From NCBI GenBank assembly GCA_025965475.1, contig JAOPWV010000147.1, positions 3,617-67,616 of the forward strand: a DNA stretch of 64,000 bases. Reading direction: 5' to 3'. The notes under the pieces were generated by a model. That model was not told the DNA's origin. It saw nothing but the letters and a program-made list of their open reading frames with translations, and searched no databases. The position numbers were made by a program, and so were the translations under genes. Positions 25,591 through 34,571 of this stretch are shown here, in pieces; position 1 is the stretch's first letter; the number at the start of each line of letters is the position of its first letter. The stretch comes from Frankiales bacterium. GTDB lineage: Bacteria > Actinomycetota > Actinomycetes > Mycobacteriales > SCTD01.

Positions 25591-26198
25591 AGCCACTCCC
25601 GCACGACGGTCCGGACCTGCATGAGCGCCTCCGGCCGGCTGCGGCCGTCGCTGCGCCGTACGGCGAACGCGTGATCGGCACCGTCGACGAGTTCGACCCG
25701 GACACCCTCCGCGGGCTCGGGGACCCCGAAAGCGTCGCGCGAGCCCTGGACCACCAGGCGGGGCACCTCGGGCAGGAGCAGCTCGTCGCGTCGGCTCGCC
25801 GTACGACCCGGCGGGACCAGGGGGAAGGCGAGGGCCAGCACGCCGGCCGCCCCGAGCGCGCCGGCCGTCCGGCAGGCCACCCGGGCACCGCTGCTGCGGC
25901 CGCCGAGCATGAGTGGGCCCGCGGGCGTCAGCGTCCCGACGACGGCCAGCCAGGCGGTGTCCAGATGCGCGGGGGCCTCGGCGACCCGACGGCCGGCGAC
26001 CCGCCACGGCTGCTCGACCCGGGCCACCGACAGCCCGGCCGCCAGCGCTCCGTCGCGGGCTGCGAGCAGGTCGGGCGCGTCCGGGCCGCCGCCGGCGCCG
26101 TGCCCGAGAACCAGAAGACCCGCTGGCTCGTTGTCCGGGACGTCGAGGTGCACGCGCGCCAGGCCCCGCGGCGTGGCTACGTCCCAGGTGGTGCCCAT
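25575..26198 (-). CDS. Alpha/beta-fold hydrolase (COG3571/KANL3-like)
   Basis: LLVLGHGAGGG, LMLGGRSSGARVA (nucleophile elbow), LVVQGSRDAFG, GADHAF. Confidence 0.7.
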   Translation of the reverse strand: MGTTWDVATPRGLARVHLDVPDNEPAGLLVLGHGAGGGPDAPDLLAARDGALAAGLSVARVEQPWRVAGRRVAEAPAHLDTAWLAVVGTLTPAGPLMLGGRSSGARVACRTAGALGAAGVLALAFPLVPPGRTASRRDELLLPEVPRLVVQGSRDAFGVPEPAEGVRVELVDGADHAFAVRRSDGRSRPEALMQVRTVVREWLQSVT

Positions 26199-26223
26199 GT
26201 CCGGAGAGGGTAAGGATCTACTC

Positions 26224-27009
26224 ATGCGGTCGGGAGAGGACGTCGGCGTTCTGCCGGACGGCATCTGGTCACCGTCGGGCGGGGCGAGCGCCCCGTCGCC
26301 GGCTCCGACGCCGGAGTCGGCGTACTGGCTGTTCTACGAGCAGGTCGCGGCGGCGCAGCTCGCCGCGTGGGCCCCCGCCGCACCCAGCCGGGTGCTGGAC
26401 CTGTCCGGTGGCCGCGGCCGCTTCGCCTCGCAGCTCGTCCGGGCCGGGCACGAGGTGCTCCACGTGAACGGCCCCGCCTCCGACGAGGGGCCGGGCACGG
26501 TGGTCCCGCTCGTCGCCGATGCCCGCTCGCTCGCCTGGCTGCGTGACCGGAGCGTCGACGCGGTGCTCGCCGAGTCGCGCACGCTCTCGATGTGCCTGGC
26601 GGCGGAGGTCAACGCCGAGGACCTGTTGCGCGTCCTGCGCCCGGGTGGGCGGCTCCTGCTCGTCGTCGAGTCGCTCCTGCTGGGCCTGGCCCGGCTGGCC
26701 GGCCAGGGCCGCTGGGCCGAGCTGGCCGACGTGCCGTCGGCCGATGTCGTGCTGGTCCCGGCGGAGGACGGCACCATCACCCGATGTTTCTGGCCGGAGG
26801 AGCTCGAGTCGCTGCTGAGCGACGCCGGCTTCGAGGTCGACTGGGTCCGGCCACGTTCGGTGCTCGCGCCCGCCGCCGTCGAGCGCGCGCTGGCCGAGGG
26901 ACGCGACGTCGCGCTGCGCACGCTCGTACAGACCGAACTCGCCCTCGCGAAGGAACGCGAGGGCGAGTCGACGGGGATCCACCTGGTGGCCAGCGCACGC
27001 CGGCCCTAG
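26224..27009 (+). CDS. Class I SAM-dependent methyltransferase
   Basis: SRVLDLSGGRGRFA (motif I), LRPGGRLLLVV (motif III). The start is preceded by AAGGA. Confidence 0.7.
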   Translation: MRSGEDVGVLPDGIWSPSGGASAPSPAPTPESAYWLFYEQVAAAQLAAWAPAAPSRVLDLSGGRGRFASQLVRAGHEVLHVNGPASDEGPGTVVPLVADARSLAWLRDRSVDAVLAESRTLSMCLAAEVNAEDLLRVLRPGGRLLLVVESLLLGLARLAGQGRWAELADVPSADVVLVPAEDGTITRCFWPEELESLLSDAGFEVDWVRPRSVLAPAAVERALAEGRDVALRTLVQTELALAKEREGESTGIHLVASARRP

Positions 27010-27028
27010 CTGTAGCTAGCGTGGCCCG

Positions 27029-27379
27029 TCAGGCGTGGGCTTCGGCCTTCACCTGGCACTCGACGCACCGGGCGGCCTCCGGGCGCACCTGCAGCCGGGC
27101 CTCGCTGATGGGCTGCCCGCAGTCGACGCAGATGCCGTAGCTGCCGTCGTCGATCCGGGCCAGCGCCGCCTTCACCTGCGTCCGCTGGTCGCCGGCCGCC
27201 TCGATGAGCGCCGTCTCACGATCGGTGTCGGACAGCTCGCTGGCCGTGTCCCCCGGGTGCTGGTCGAAGTGGCTGAGCTCGCTGCTCTCGCCGGCACCCT
27301 CGTTCTCCAGCGTCGTCGTGGCGGCGTCGAGCTCGGAGAGCATCTGCTCGAGTTGCTGTCGCGCGTCCTGCAGGTCCAC
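27029..27379 (-). CDS. DksA/TraR-family C4 zinc-finger protein
   Basis: C-terminus CVDCGQPISEARLQVRPEAARCVECQ. GTG 27379 is preceded by GAAGGAG 5 nt upstream. The 63-codon extension to 27568 (with RRARRARRAR) has no RBS and contains a 9-bp tandem repeat. Confidence 0.8.
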   Translation of the reverse strand: MDLQDARQQLEQMLSELDAATTTLENEGAGESSELSHFDQHPGDTASELSDTDRETALIEAAGDQRTQVKAALARIDDGSYGICVDCGQPISEARLQVRPEAARCVECQVKAEAHA

Positions 27380-27522
27380 GGGTGCTCCTTCGGACTGGTC
27401 CCGGTACGTCAGGCCGGGCGTGTCGGTCACAGCCCGAGGTCCAGGCAGCGACTTGTCGGCCCTACCCGCTTCGTCGTCCCCGTCACGGACGATCGCCGGC
27501 GGGCCGGTGTGCGCCGTGTCAC

Positions 27523-27549
27523 GTGCCCGCCGTGCCCGCCGTGCCCGCC
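27523..27549. repeat. 9-bp tandem repeat (GTGCCCGCC) x3
   Basis: Three perfect head-to-tail copies, upstream of the dksA-like start. Confidence 0.9.
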
Positions 27550-27604
27550 GTGTCGACACTGACGACACCGACGGTACGCCGCCTCCGCCGGCTGTGGAGT
27601 GTCG

Positions 27605-28303
27605 CTAGAACAGCCGCTGCGGGCCGGGCTCACCCACGTCCGGGACCGGCTCGACGAGCTCGGGGCCGTTGTTGCGGACGTTGCCGACCGCGGCCGAGAC
27701 CGGCCAGGCATCGAGCACTCCCGGCGTGCCGGGGACGAGCAACTCCTCCCCCGGGTCGGGCACCGACGGGTCGAGCCAGCGCCCCCAGTCCTGTCGGGGC
27801 ACGAGCATCGGCGTCCGGTCGTGGATCTGCCCGAGCTCGTCCGGAGCGTCCGTCGTGATGATCGTGCAGGTCCACAGCAGCGACTCGTCGGGCGCCTTCC
27901 AGATCTCGTACACCCCGGCCATCGCGAGCGGCGTCCGGTCCCGGGCGGCGAGGAACCACGGCTGCTTGTGCGGTCCGTCCTTCGCCCACTCGAAGTAGCC
28001 GTCCGCGGGCACGAGGCACCGCCGGCGCTGGTAGGCCGCCCGGAAGGCGGGCTTGTCCGCGACCGTCTCGCGCCGCGCGTTGATGAAGCGCGCGCCCACC
28101 TTCGGGTCCTTCGCCCACGACGGGACGAGGCCCCAGCGGGCGACCTGCAGCCGTCGCTGGTCGTGCCGCTCCAGCACGAGGTACACCGGATCGGTGGGTG
28201 CGACGTTGTACGACGGAGGCAGGATCTCCTCCGGCGGCTCCTCGACGGTGAAGTACGAGGCCAGGTCCGCGGGGTTCGCGCTGCTCGCGTAGCGACCGCA
28301 CAC
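27605..28303 (-). CDS. SOS response-associated peptidase (SRAP/YedK, DUF159)
   Basis: Starts GTG-TGC (fMet-Cys2 catalytic Cys): CGRYASS...YNVAPT..RWGLVPSWAKD...INARRETV..RRCLVPADGYFEW..HDRTPML. Sits upstream of aroA, as Rv3226c does (from memory). Confidence 0.88.
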   Translation of the reverse strand: MCGRYASSANPADLASYFTVEEPPEEILPPSYNVAPTDPVYLVLERHDQRRLQVARWGLVPSWAKDPKVGARFINARRETVADKPAFRAAYQRRRCLVPADGYFEWAKDGPHKQPWFLAARDRTPLAMAGVYEIWKAPDESLLWTCTIITTDAPDELGQIHDRTPMLVPRQDWGRWLDPSVPDPGEELLVPGTPGVLDAWPVSAAVGNVRNNGPELVEPVPDVGEPGPQRLF

Positions 28304-28393
28304 GGCTACCGCTCCACCGGAGGAAGAGGCGGAGACCGGAAGGCGGGCCCTGGCACGCGTCCAGCCTAGGGCGCGGGATGGGAGACTCGCCGC

Positions 28394-29674
28394 ATGTCGC
28401 CCGACCCCTGGCCCGCACCCCGCGCGGCCGGTCCGCTGTCCGCCGTCGTCGAGCTGCCCGGCTCCAAGAGCGTCACCAACCGCGCCCTGGTGCTGGCAGC
28501 GCTCGCCACCGGCCGGTCGGTCGTGCGCCGCCCGCTGCGCAGCCGGGACAGCGAGCTCATGGCCGCCGCGCTGCGCACCCTCGGCGTCGGTGTCAGCGAC
28601 GCCGCCGAGGGCGACTGGATCGTGGACGGCACCGGCGGCTCGCTGGTGCCCGACGGAGACCAGGTGGACGTCGGCAACGCCGGCACCGTGGCGCGGTTCC
28701 TGCCGCCGGTCGCGACGCTGGCCACCGGGACGATCCGGTTCGACGGCGACCCGCGCGTCCGCCAGCGCCCGCTCGGGCCGCTGCTGGCCGCGCTGCGCGA
28801 GCTGGGCGCGAACCTCGACCGCGTGGACGCGCTGCCGGTGACGGTCCGCGGGACCGGCGGGCTGCGCGGCGGGACGGTCACGCTCGACGCGTCCGGGTCC
28901 AGCCAGTTCGTCAGCGGGCTGCTGCTGAGCGCGCCGCGCTTCGACGAGGGCCTCACGGTGCGCCACGTGGGCCCGCCGCTGCCGAGCGCGCCGCACCTGG
29001 CCATGACGGTCGATGCCCTGCGGGCCGTCGGCGCCGTGGTGGACGACACGGCTCCGGGCACCTGGGTGGTCGAGCCGGGCCCCCTGACGGCGCGCGACGC
29101 CGTCGTCGAGCCCGACCTGTCGACCGCCGCTGCCTACCTGGCCGCCCCGCTCGTCGCCGGCGGCTCGGTGTCCGTCCCGGGCTGGCCGGCCTCGACGACG
29201 CAGCCCGGCGCGGCACTGCCCGACCTGCTCGCCGAGATGGGTGCCCGGGTGAGCCGCGACGGCGACACCCTCACGGTGTCGGCCGGCGACCGGCTCACCG
29301 GCGTGGACGCCGACCTGCACGACGCCGGCGAGCTGACGCCGGTCCTGACCGCGCTGGCCTGCCTTGCCGACCGGCCGAGCCGCTTCCGGGGCATCGCGCA
29401 CCTGAGGCTGCACGAGACCGACCGACTGGCCGCGCTGGTCACGGAGCTGGCCGCCCTCGGCGGCGACGTCCGCGAGACCGAGGACGGTCTCGAGATCCGG
29501 CCGCAGTCGCTGCACGGCGGGGTCTTCCACACCTACGACGATCACCGCCTCGCCATGGCGGCGGCGGTCCTCGGCCTCGCGGTCGACGGCGTGCTCGTCG
29601 AGAACGTCGCGACCACCCGTAAGACGGTGCCCGACTTCGTGGGCTCCTGGCAGGACATGCTCGCCGCCGGATGA
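28394..29674 (+). CDS. aroA: 3-phosphoshikimate 1-carboxyvinyltransferase (EPSP synthase)
   Basis: [60 protein letters not shown]. Confidence 0.92.
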   Translation: MSPDPWPAPRAAGPLSAVVELPGSKSVTNRALVLAALATGRSVVRRPLRSRDSELMAAALRTLGVGVSDAAEGDWIVDGTGGSLVPDGDQVDVGNAGTVARFLPPVATLATGTIRFDGDPRVRQRPLGPLLAALRELGANLDRVDALPVTVRGTGGLRGGTVTLDASGSSQFVSGLLLSAPRFDEGLTVRHVGPPLPSAPHLAMTVDALRAVGAVVDDTAPGTWVVEPGPLTARDAVVEPDLSTAAAYLAAPLVAGGSVSVPGWPASTTQPGAALPDLLAEMGARVSRDGDTLTVSAGDRLTGVDADLHDAGELTPVLTALACLADRPSRFRGIAHLRLHETDRLAALVTELAALGGDVRETEDGLEIRPQSLHGGVFHTYDDHRLAMAAAVLGLAVDGVLVENVATTRKTVPDFVGSWQDMLAAG

Positions 29675-30633
29675 GCCCGCGCGAGCTCGACGAGGACGAC
29701 GTCCGGGTCCGCCCGGGGCGCAGCTCACGTCCGCGTACCCGCACCCGGCCGGACCACGAGGACGCGTCCGGCGCCACGGTCGTGACCGTCGACCGCGGCC
29801 GCTACCGCCTGCGGACCGACAGCGGCGACCTGCTGACCGCCGTACGGGCCCGCGAGCTCGGCCGGCGGGCGGTCGTCGTCGGCGACCGGGTTGCGGTGGT
29901 CGGCGACCTGTCCGGCGGCCCGGACGCCCTCGGCCGGATCGTGCGCATCGAGCCGCGCACCAGCCTGCTGCGCCGTACGCCCGACGACAACGACCCGGTC
30001 GAGCGGGCGGTCGTGGCGAACGCCGACATCCTCGTCGTCGTCACCGCGCTGGCCGATCCACCGCCCCGGCCACGTCTCATCGACCGCTGCCTCGTGGCGG
30101 CGTACGACGGCGGCCTGACCCCGTTGCTCTGCCTCACCAAGGCCGACCTGGCCTCTCCCGACGAGCTGCTGTCGCTCTACCGACCGCTCGGCGTGGAGGC
30201 GCTCTTCACCAGCCGGGGCTCCGGCGTCGAGGAGCTCGCGGCCCGGCTGGCGGGGCACACGAGCGTGCTCTTCGGCCAGTCCGGGGTCGGCAAGTCCACG
30301 CTGGTCAACCAGCTCGTGCCCGACGCGTACCGGGCCGTCGGCGACGTCAGCGGGATCGGGAAGGGCCGCCACATCTCGTCGTCGGCCGTCGCGCTGGAAC
30401 TCCCGGCCGGCGGCACGGTCATCGACACCCCGGGCGTGCGCTCGTTCGGGCTCGGCGCCGTCACCCCCGAGCGGGTGCTCGCGGCGTTCCCCGACCTGGT
30501 GGACGCGGCCGCGCGGTGCCCACCCGGCTGCTCGCACCTGCCGGGCACCCCCGGCTGCGCGCTCGACGGGGCGGCCGTCAGTGCGGCGCGCCTCGAGTCG
30601 CTGCGCCGGCTCCTCGTCGCCCTGACCGAATAG
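29671..30633 (+). CDS. rsgA: Ribosome small-subunit-dependent GTPase A
   Basis: LTKADL (G4), [13 protein letters not shown] (G1), DTPGVRSF (G3), and a C-terminal Zn knuckle [14 protein letters not shown]. The ATG overlaps the aroA stop. Confidence 0.88.
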   Translation: MSPRELDEDDVRVRPGRSSRPRTRTRPDHEDASGATVVTVDRGRYRLRTDSGDLLTAVRARELGRRAVVVGDRVAVVGDLSGGPDALGRIVRIEPRTSLLRRTPDDNDPVERAVVANADILVVVTALADPPPRPRLIDRCLVAAYDGGLTPLLCLTKADLASPDELLSLYRPLGVEALFTSRGSGVEELAARLAGHTSVLFGQSGVGKSTLVNQLVPDAYRAVGDVSGIGKGRHISSSAVALELPAGGTVIDTPGVRSFGLGAVTPERVLAAFPDLVDAAARCPPGCSHLPGTPGCALDGAAVSAARLESLRRLLVALTE

Positions 30634-31168
30634 GGCTGGGGGGTTCGACGGCGAGCCACCAGAGCAGGGCGGTCAGGCTCATCCCGTCGAGCACCTCGCC
30701 GGTCCGAACCAGCTCGCGGACACGTGCGGCTGGCACCCACTCGATGCGGCTCGACTCGGCCGGATCCGTCGGCTCACCGACGTACGCAGCGCCGTCGGCG
30801 GCGAACAGCTCGAACCGCTGGTCGCTCAAGCCGTTGCTCGGGTGGTAGCCGTGCAGCCGCCGCAGCGGTCCGGGCGCCCAGCCCGTCTCCTCGAGCACCT
30901 CGCGGGCCGCGGCCACGTCGAGCGACTCCCCCGGGTCGACGCCGCCGGCCGGGACCTCCCAGCCCCACGTGTCCGTGATGAACCGGTGCCGCCACAGCAG
31001 GAGCACCCCGCGGCCGGCCTCGTGCACGACCACGCCGACCGCCGGGCGCGGCGTACGCACGACGTGGTGGTCGAAGCGCGGCCCGTCGGGTACCTCGACG
31101 TCGACGAGCCGCAGTGAGACCCAGGGGCTCTCGTAGACCGACCGCTCGCCGTGCACGGTCCACTCCAC
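30578..31168 (-). CDS. NUDIX hydrolase
   Basis: Nudix box GGVDPGESLDVAAAREVLEETG. GTG start at 31168 chosen (20 nt after the upstream stop). The 3' end overlaps convergent rsgA by 56 nt. Confidence 0.75.
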   Translation of the reverse strand: MEWTVHGERSVYESPWVSLRLVDVEVPDGPRFDHHVVRTPRPAVGVVVHEAGRGVLLLWRHRFITDTWGWEVPAGGVDPGESLDVAAAREVLEETGWAPGPLRRLHGYHPSNGLSDQRFELFAADGAAYVGEPTDPAESSRIEWVPAARVRELVRTGEVLDGMSLTALLWWLAVEPPSPIRSGRRGAGAATRGAPH

Positions 31169-31188
31169 GACGGGCAGGCTAGCGGCGA

Positions 31189-32319
31189 CTAGTCCACCGC
31201 GACCGGCTGCTCGCCCGCCCCGACGGCGATGGTCTGCTCGATCTCGGTGATCCGCCGCTCCACCTCGGCCGCGTCCTGCTTGTCGCGGTCGATCTGCTCG
31301 GCGAGGTCCTCGTCGTTGCGCATGAGCGCGTCGAGGTTCGCGTCGCCCATCTCCAGCACGCCCATGTCGGCGTAGGCCCGCTGCACCTTGGGGCCCCAGA
31401 GCCCGATGTCCTTGACGATCGGCACGATGCGCGTGAAGAGCTGGTTGCGGAACATCCGCATGAACTCGGACTCGTCGACGTAGCGGTCGCACTCGTCCTC
31501 GTCGAGACCGACGGTCCCCCAGACCTCCTTGCCACGGATGCGGTCGCGCATCAGGTAGCAGGCCTCGACGACGAACTCCTCGCGCTCGTCGCGCTCCTTG
31601 GACGTGAGGTCGGCGTAGGCGTCCTTGAGGGCCAGCCGGCCGAAGGCCACGTGCCGGGCCTCGTCCTGCATGACGTACGCCAGGATCTGCTTGGGCAGCG
31701 GCTTGGTGGTGATGTCGCGCAGGATCCCGAACGCCGCAAGCGCCAAGCCCTCGATGAGCACCTGCATCCCGAGGTAGGGCATGTCCCAGCGCGAGTCGCG
31801 CAGGGTCTCCTCGAGCAGCTTCGAGAGGTTGTCGTTGATCGGGTACAGCAGCCCGATCTTCTCCTGCAGGAAGCGGGCGTAGGTCTCCGCGTGCCGCGCC
31901 TCGTCCATCGTCTGGGTCGCCGCGTAGAACTTGGCGTCGAGGTCGGGCACCGACTCCACGATGCGCGCCGCGCAGATCATCGCGCCCTGCTCACCGTGCA
32001 GGAACTGGCTGAACTGCCAGGCCGCGTGGTGGCGGCTGAGGTCCTTCTTCTGCTGTGCCGAGAGCTTGTCCCAGATCGGCGTGCCGTAGATGGCGCTGAC
32101 CTCGTCCGGCAGGCCGAGGGCGTCGTACGGGTCGACCTCGATCGACCAGTCGATGCGCGAGGTCTGGTCCCACTGCTTGTCCTTGCCCTTCTGGTACAGC
32201 GCGAGCAGCCGGTCGCGCCCTCCGTCGTACTCCCAGTTGAATCGGGAGTCCCCGGCCATGGGGACGTCCCACGTGGTGGTGACGTCGGCGGGGCGGGCGT
32301 AGAGCTCTGAACTGCTCAT
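31189..32319 (-). CDS. Ferritin-like diiron oxygenase (AurF-like family)
   Basis: Two E-x-x-H diiron motifs (MDEARHAETY, QDEARHVAFG) plus HGEQGA and LIEGLA helices. 376 aa. Visibly less GC-rich than its neighbours. Confidence 0.75.
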   Translation of the reverse strand: MSSSELYARPADVTTTWDVPMAGDSRFNWEYDGGRDRLLALYQKGKDKQWDQTSRIDWSIEVDPYDALGLPDEVSAIYGTPIWDKLSAQQKKDLSRHHAAWQFSQFLHGEQGAMICAARIVESVPDLDAKFYAATQTMDEARHAETYARFLQEKIGLLYPINDNLSKLLEETLRDSRWDMPYLGMQVLIEGLALAAFGILRDITTKPLPKQILAYVMQDEARHVAFGRLALKDAYADLTSKERDEREEFVVEACYLMRDRIRGKEVWGTVGLDEDECDRYVDESEFMRMFRNQLFTRIVPIVKDIGLWGPKVQRAYADMGVLEMGDANLDALMRNDEDLAEQIDRDKQDAAEVERRITEIEQTIAVGAGEQPVAVD

Positions 32320-32891
32320 GCGGGTTGTCCTCCAGGGAGCAGACGGTCGACCAGACGGGCGATCGAGCGGGCGGTCACGTCGGCCGGGCCGGCGGGCGTG
32401 ACGATGTGACTGACGGTCAGACGGACGAGCGTGTCCGCGACGAACTCGATGTCGTCGACGGGCAGGTCGGGCCAGTGGCTGGACAGGTAGGTGACGTGGC
32501 GCTCGGTCACGGCCCGCAGCAGCGCGTCGGACCGGGTGGTCAGGAACGGCAGCAGCCCTTCGGCACCGTCATCGGTGAGAACGGCCTTGAGCAGCGGGTC
32601 CTCGCGGGCGATCCGCAGCGTCCACTCGACGGTCGCGCCGACCGCCTCGGACGGGGTGCCCTCGTGACCGGTGAGGACGGCCTCGGCCCCGTCGACGAAG
32701 CGCGCCGCCTCCCGCAGCGCGAGCGCCTGGGCGAGCCCGTCCTTGGTGCGGAACTCGGCGTACAGGGTCTGCCGGCTGACGCCGGCGACCGCCGCCACAT
32801 CGGCCATCCGGGCCGCCGCCCAGCCGGGACCGACCGCGGCGTCGTACGCCGCGTCGAGAAGGGCTGCCCGGACGGGTGACATGCGCCACAT
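32316..32891 (-). CDS. TetR family transcriptional regulator
   Basis: N-terminal HTH MADVAAVAGVSRQTLYAEFRTKDGL. The stop overlaps the oxygenase start (ATGA). ATG 32882 is an alternative start. Confidence 0.85.
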   Translation of the reverse strand: MWRMSPVRAALLDAAYDAAVGPGWAAARMADVAAVAGVSRQTLYAEFRTKDGLAQALALREAARFVDGAEAVLTGHEGTPSEAVGATVEWTLRIAREDPLLKAVLTDDGAEGLLPFLTTRSDALLRAVTERHVTYLSSHWPDLPVDDIEFVADTLVRLTVSHIVTPAGPADVTARSIARLVDRLLPGGQPA

Positions 32892-32893
32892 GC

Positions 32894-32918
32894 TTTACAC
32901 GAGAGCCCTCCGTGTCAA
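32894..32918. promoter_or_regulatory. Inverted repeat: candidate TetR operator
   Basis: TTTACACG-N9-CGTGTCAA (7 of 8 complementary) in the 53-bp divergent tetR/hisN spacer. Confidence 0.4.
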
Positions 32919-32944
32919 GCGATCTCCGTCGCTAGGCTCTGCCG

Positions 32945-33730
32945 ATGACCAGTCCGGACGCCGACCTCGCCCTGGCCCACCAGCTCGCCGACGCCGCCGA
33001 CGTCATCACGATGGCCCGCTTCCGCGCGCTGGACCTCCAGGTCGAGAGCAAGCCGGACCTGACCCCCGTGAGCGACGCGGACCGCGGCGTCGAGCAGGAG
33101 GTGCGCCGGCTGCTCGCCGCGCAGCGCCCGGGTGACGCCGTGCTCGGCGAGGAGTACGGCGTGGACGGCGACGGGCCGCGCCGGTGGGTCATCGACCCCA
33201 TCGACGGCACCAAGAACTTCGTCCGCGGGGTCCCGGTCTGGGCCACCCTGGTGGCGCTGCAGGTCGACGGGGAGGTCACCGTCGGCGTGGTCAGCGCCCC
33301 CGCGCTCGGCCGCCGCTGGTGGGCGGCCCGCGGACAGGGCGCGTACGCCGGCGCGACCGCGAGCACCGGCACGAGGTTGCGCGCCAGCGGCGTACGCCGG
33401 CTCGAGGACGCGCACCTGTCGTACTCCAGCCTGACCGGCTGGGACGACCAGGGCCGCCTCGGCGGGCTGCTCGACCTGTCCCGGAAAGTCTGGCGCACCC
33501 GCGCCTTCGGGGACTTCTGGTCGCACATGCTCGTCGCCGAGGGGGCCGTCGACATCTCCTGCGAGCCCGAGGTGTCGCTGTGGGACCTCGCCGCCCTGCA
33601 GGTCGTCGTCGAGGAGGCGGGCGGCCGGTTCACCGACCTGTCCGGTGCGGCCCGGCCCGACGGCGGCAGCGTGGTCTGCAGCAACGGACACCTGCACGAC
33701 GAGGCGCTGGCCGCGCTGCAGGTGGGCTAA
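32945..33730 (+). CDS. hisN: Histidinol-phosphatase (inositol monophosphatase family)
   Basis: KPDLTPVSDADRGVE, GDAVLGEEYG, WVIDPIDGTKNFVRG, WDLAAL motifs. Overall pattern as in actinobacterial HisN. Confidence 0.75.
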   Translation: MTSPDADLALAHQLADAADVITMARFRALDLQVESKPDLTPVSDADRGVEQEVRRLLAAQRPGDAVLGEEYGVDGDGPRRWVIDPIDGTKNFVRGVPVWATLVALQVDGEVTVGVVSAPALGRRWWAARGQGAYAGATASTGTRLRASGVRRLEDAHLSYSSLTGWDDQGRLGGLLDLSRKVWRTRAFGDFWSHMLVAEGAVDISCEPEVSLWDLAALQVVVEEAGGRFTDLSGAARPDGGSVVCSNGHLHDEALAALQVG

Positions 33731-34512
33731 CCGGCGGCGGAGCTGACGCCGGTGTCGTCGGCGGTGTCGTCGGCGGTGTCGCGCACCGGGATCGGGACGG
33801 GGTCCGGGATGACCGCACGGGCGCTCCTCGCCGCGTCGTACCGGGCGAGCAGCCGCGGGGTCAGCCAGAGGGCGGCGGCGTCGAAGAAGCAGTAGCCGCC
33901 CGCGATACCGCTCGGCGGGTTGCCGATGGAGATCAGGCCCGTGGGGTCGTGCGGCTGCCAGGCCCACGTCCCCAGCCCGGTGCCCATCAGCTCGAGGTAG
34001 GACGTGACGAAGAACGCCCCGCAGTAGACGAGCGGCGTCCGGCCACGGCGCAGGAACAGCAGCAGGCAGCCGAACCACAGCGCACCGAGCAGGTCCGGCC
34101 GGGCGGACAGGGTCAGACCCCAGACCGTCCACGCGCCGCAGACCGCCACCGTCGCCGCGACGACCACCCGACGCTGGGAATGGGCGAGCGCGCTGCGGCC
34201 CAGGGCGAGCGCGGCCAGGTACACGAGCCCGTGGCCCGGCGGCACGAACGCCGGCACGTTCTCCAGCCGGTAGACGTACACGCCCAGCCAGCCGGCGAAC
34301 ACGTACTCGATCACCGACGCGTACAGCACGACGATGCCGACCTGCACCCGGGAGGCGCGGCTCTCCCCGCGCAGCGCGACCAGCAGGAGCAGCCAGGTGC
34401 CGGCCCCGAGGAACCGCTGGCCGGTCAGCGAGGCGTGCCGGTCCAGCACCAGCACCACCAGCACCCACACCCCGACGAGCGCCGCCAGCCGGGCGTTTCG
34501 GGTCAGCTGCAC
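33727..34512 (-). CDS. Integral membrane protein (unknown family)
   Basis: 7-8 hydrophobic segments. GTG start chosen. The C-terminal tail DTADDTADDT is encoded by a 12-bp tandem repeat (33751-33781). Confidence 0.6.
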   Translation of the reverse strand: MQLTRNARLAALVGVWVLVVLVLDRHASLTGQRFLGAGTWLLLLVALRGESRASRVQVGIVVLYASVIEYVFAGWLGVYVYRLENVPAFVPPGHGLVYLAALALGRSALAHSQRRVVVAATVAVCGAWTVWGLTLSARPDLLGALWFGCLLLFLRRGRTPLVYCGAFFVTSYLELMGTGLGTWAWQPHDPTGLISIGNPPSGIAGGYCFFDAAALWLTPRLLARYDAARSARAVIPDPVPIPVRDTADDTADDTGVSSAAG

Positions 34513-34571
34513 GGATCCAGCCTGCCACGGCCGCCGCGTGGTCCAGACTGGACGGCGACAAGGGGAGAATC

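Noticed and set aside
27523-27549. Possible CRISPR-like or other array (also 61435-61475).
   Set aside because: The units are only 9 bp, directly abutting with no spacers, and there are no cas genes. These are simple tandem repeats.
27380-27568. A 63-codon N-terminal extension of the DksA/TraR-like ORF (MSSVSTRRARRARRAR...).
   Set aside because: No RBS at ATG 27568. A strong GAAGGAG-N5-GTG sits at 27379. The extension contains a tandem DNA repeat, and the family is normally ~110-130 aa.
28304-28393. Expected SOS (LexA, TCGAAC-N4-GTTCGA) or RecA-NDp-type motif upstream of the SRAP gene.
   Set aside because: No such motif is visible in the divergent SRAP/aroA spacer, so no damage-regulation claim is made.
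27605-29728. A 707-aa ORF antisense to aroA, continuing into the SRAP gene.
   Set aside because: SRAP homology begins exactly at GTG-TGC (28303) with a GGTGGAG RBS. The upstream 475 codons are the aroA shadow.
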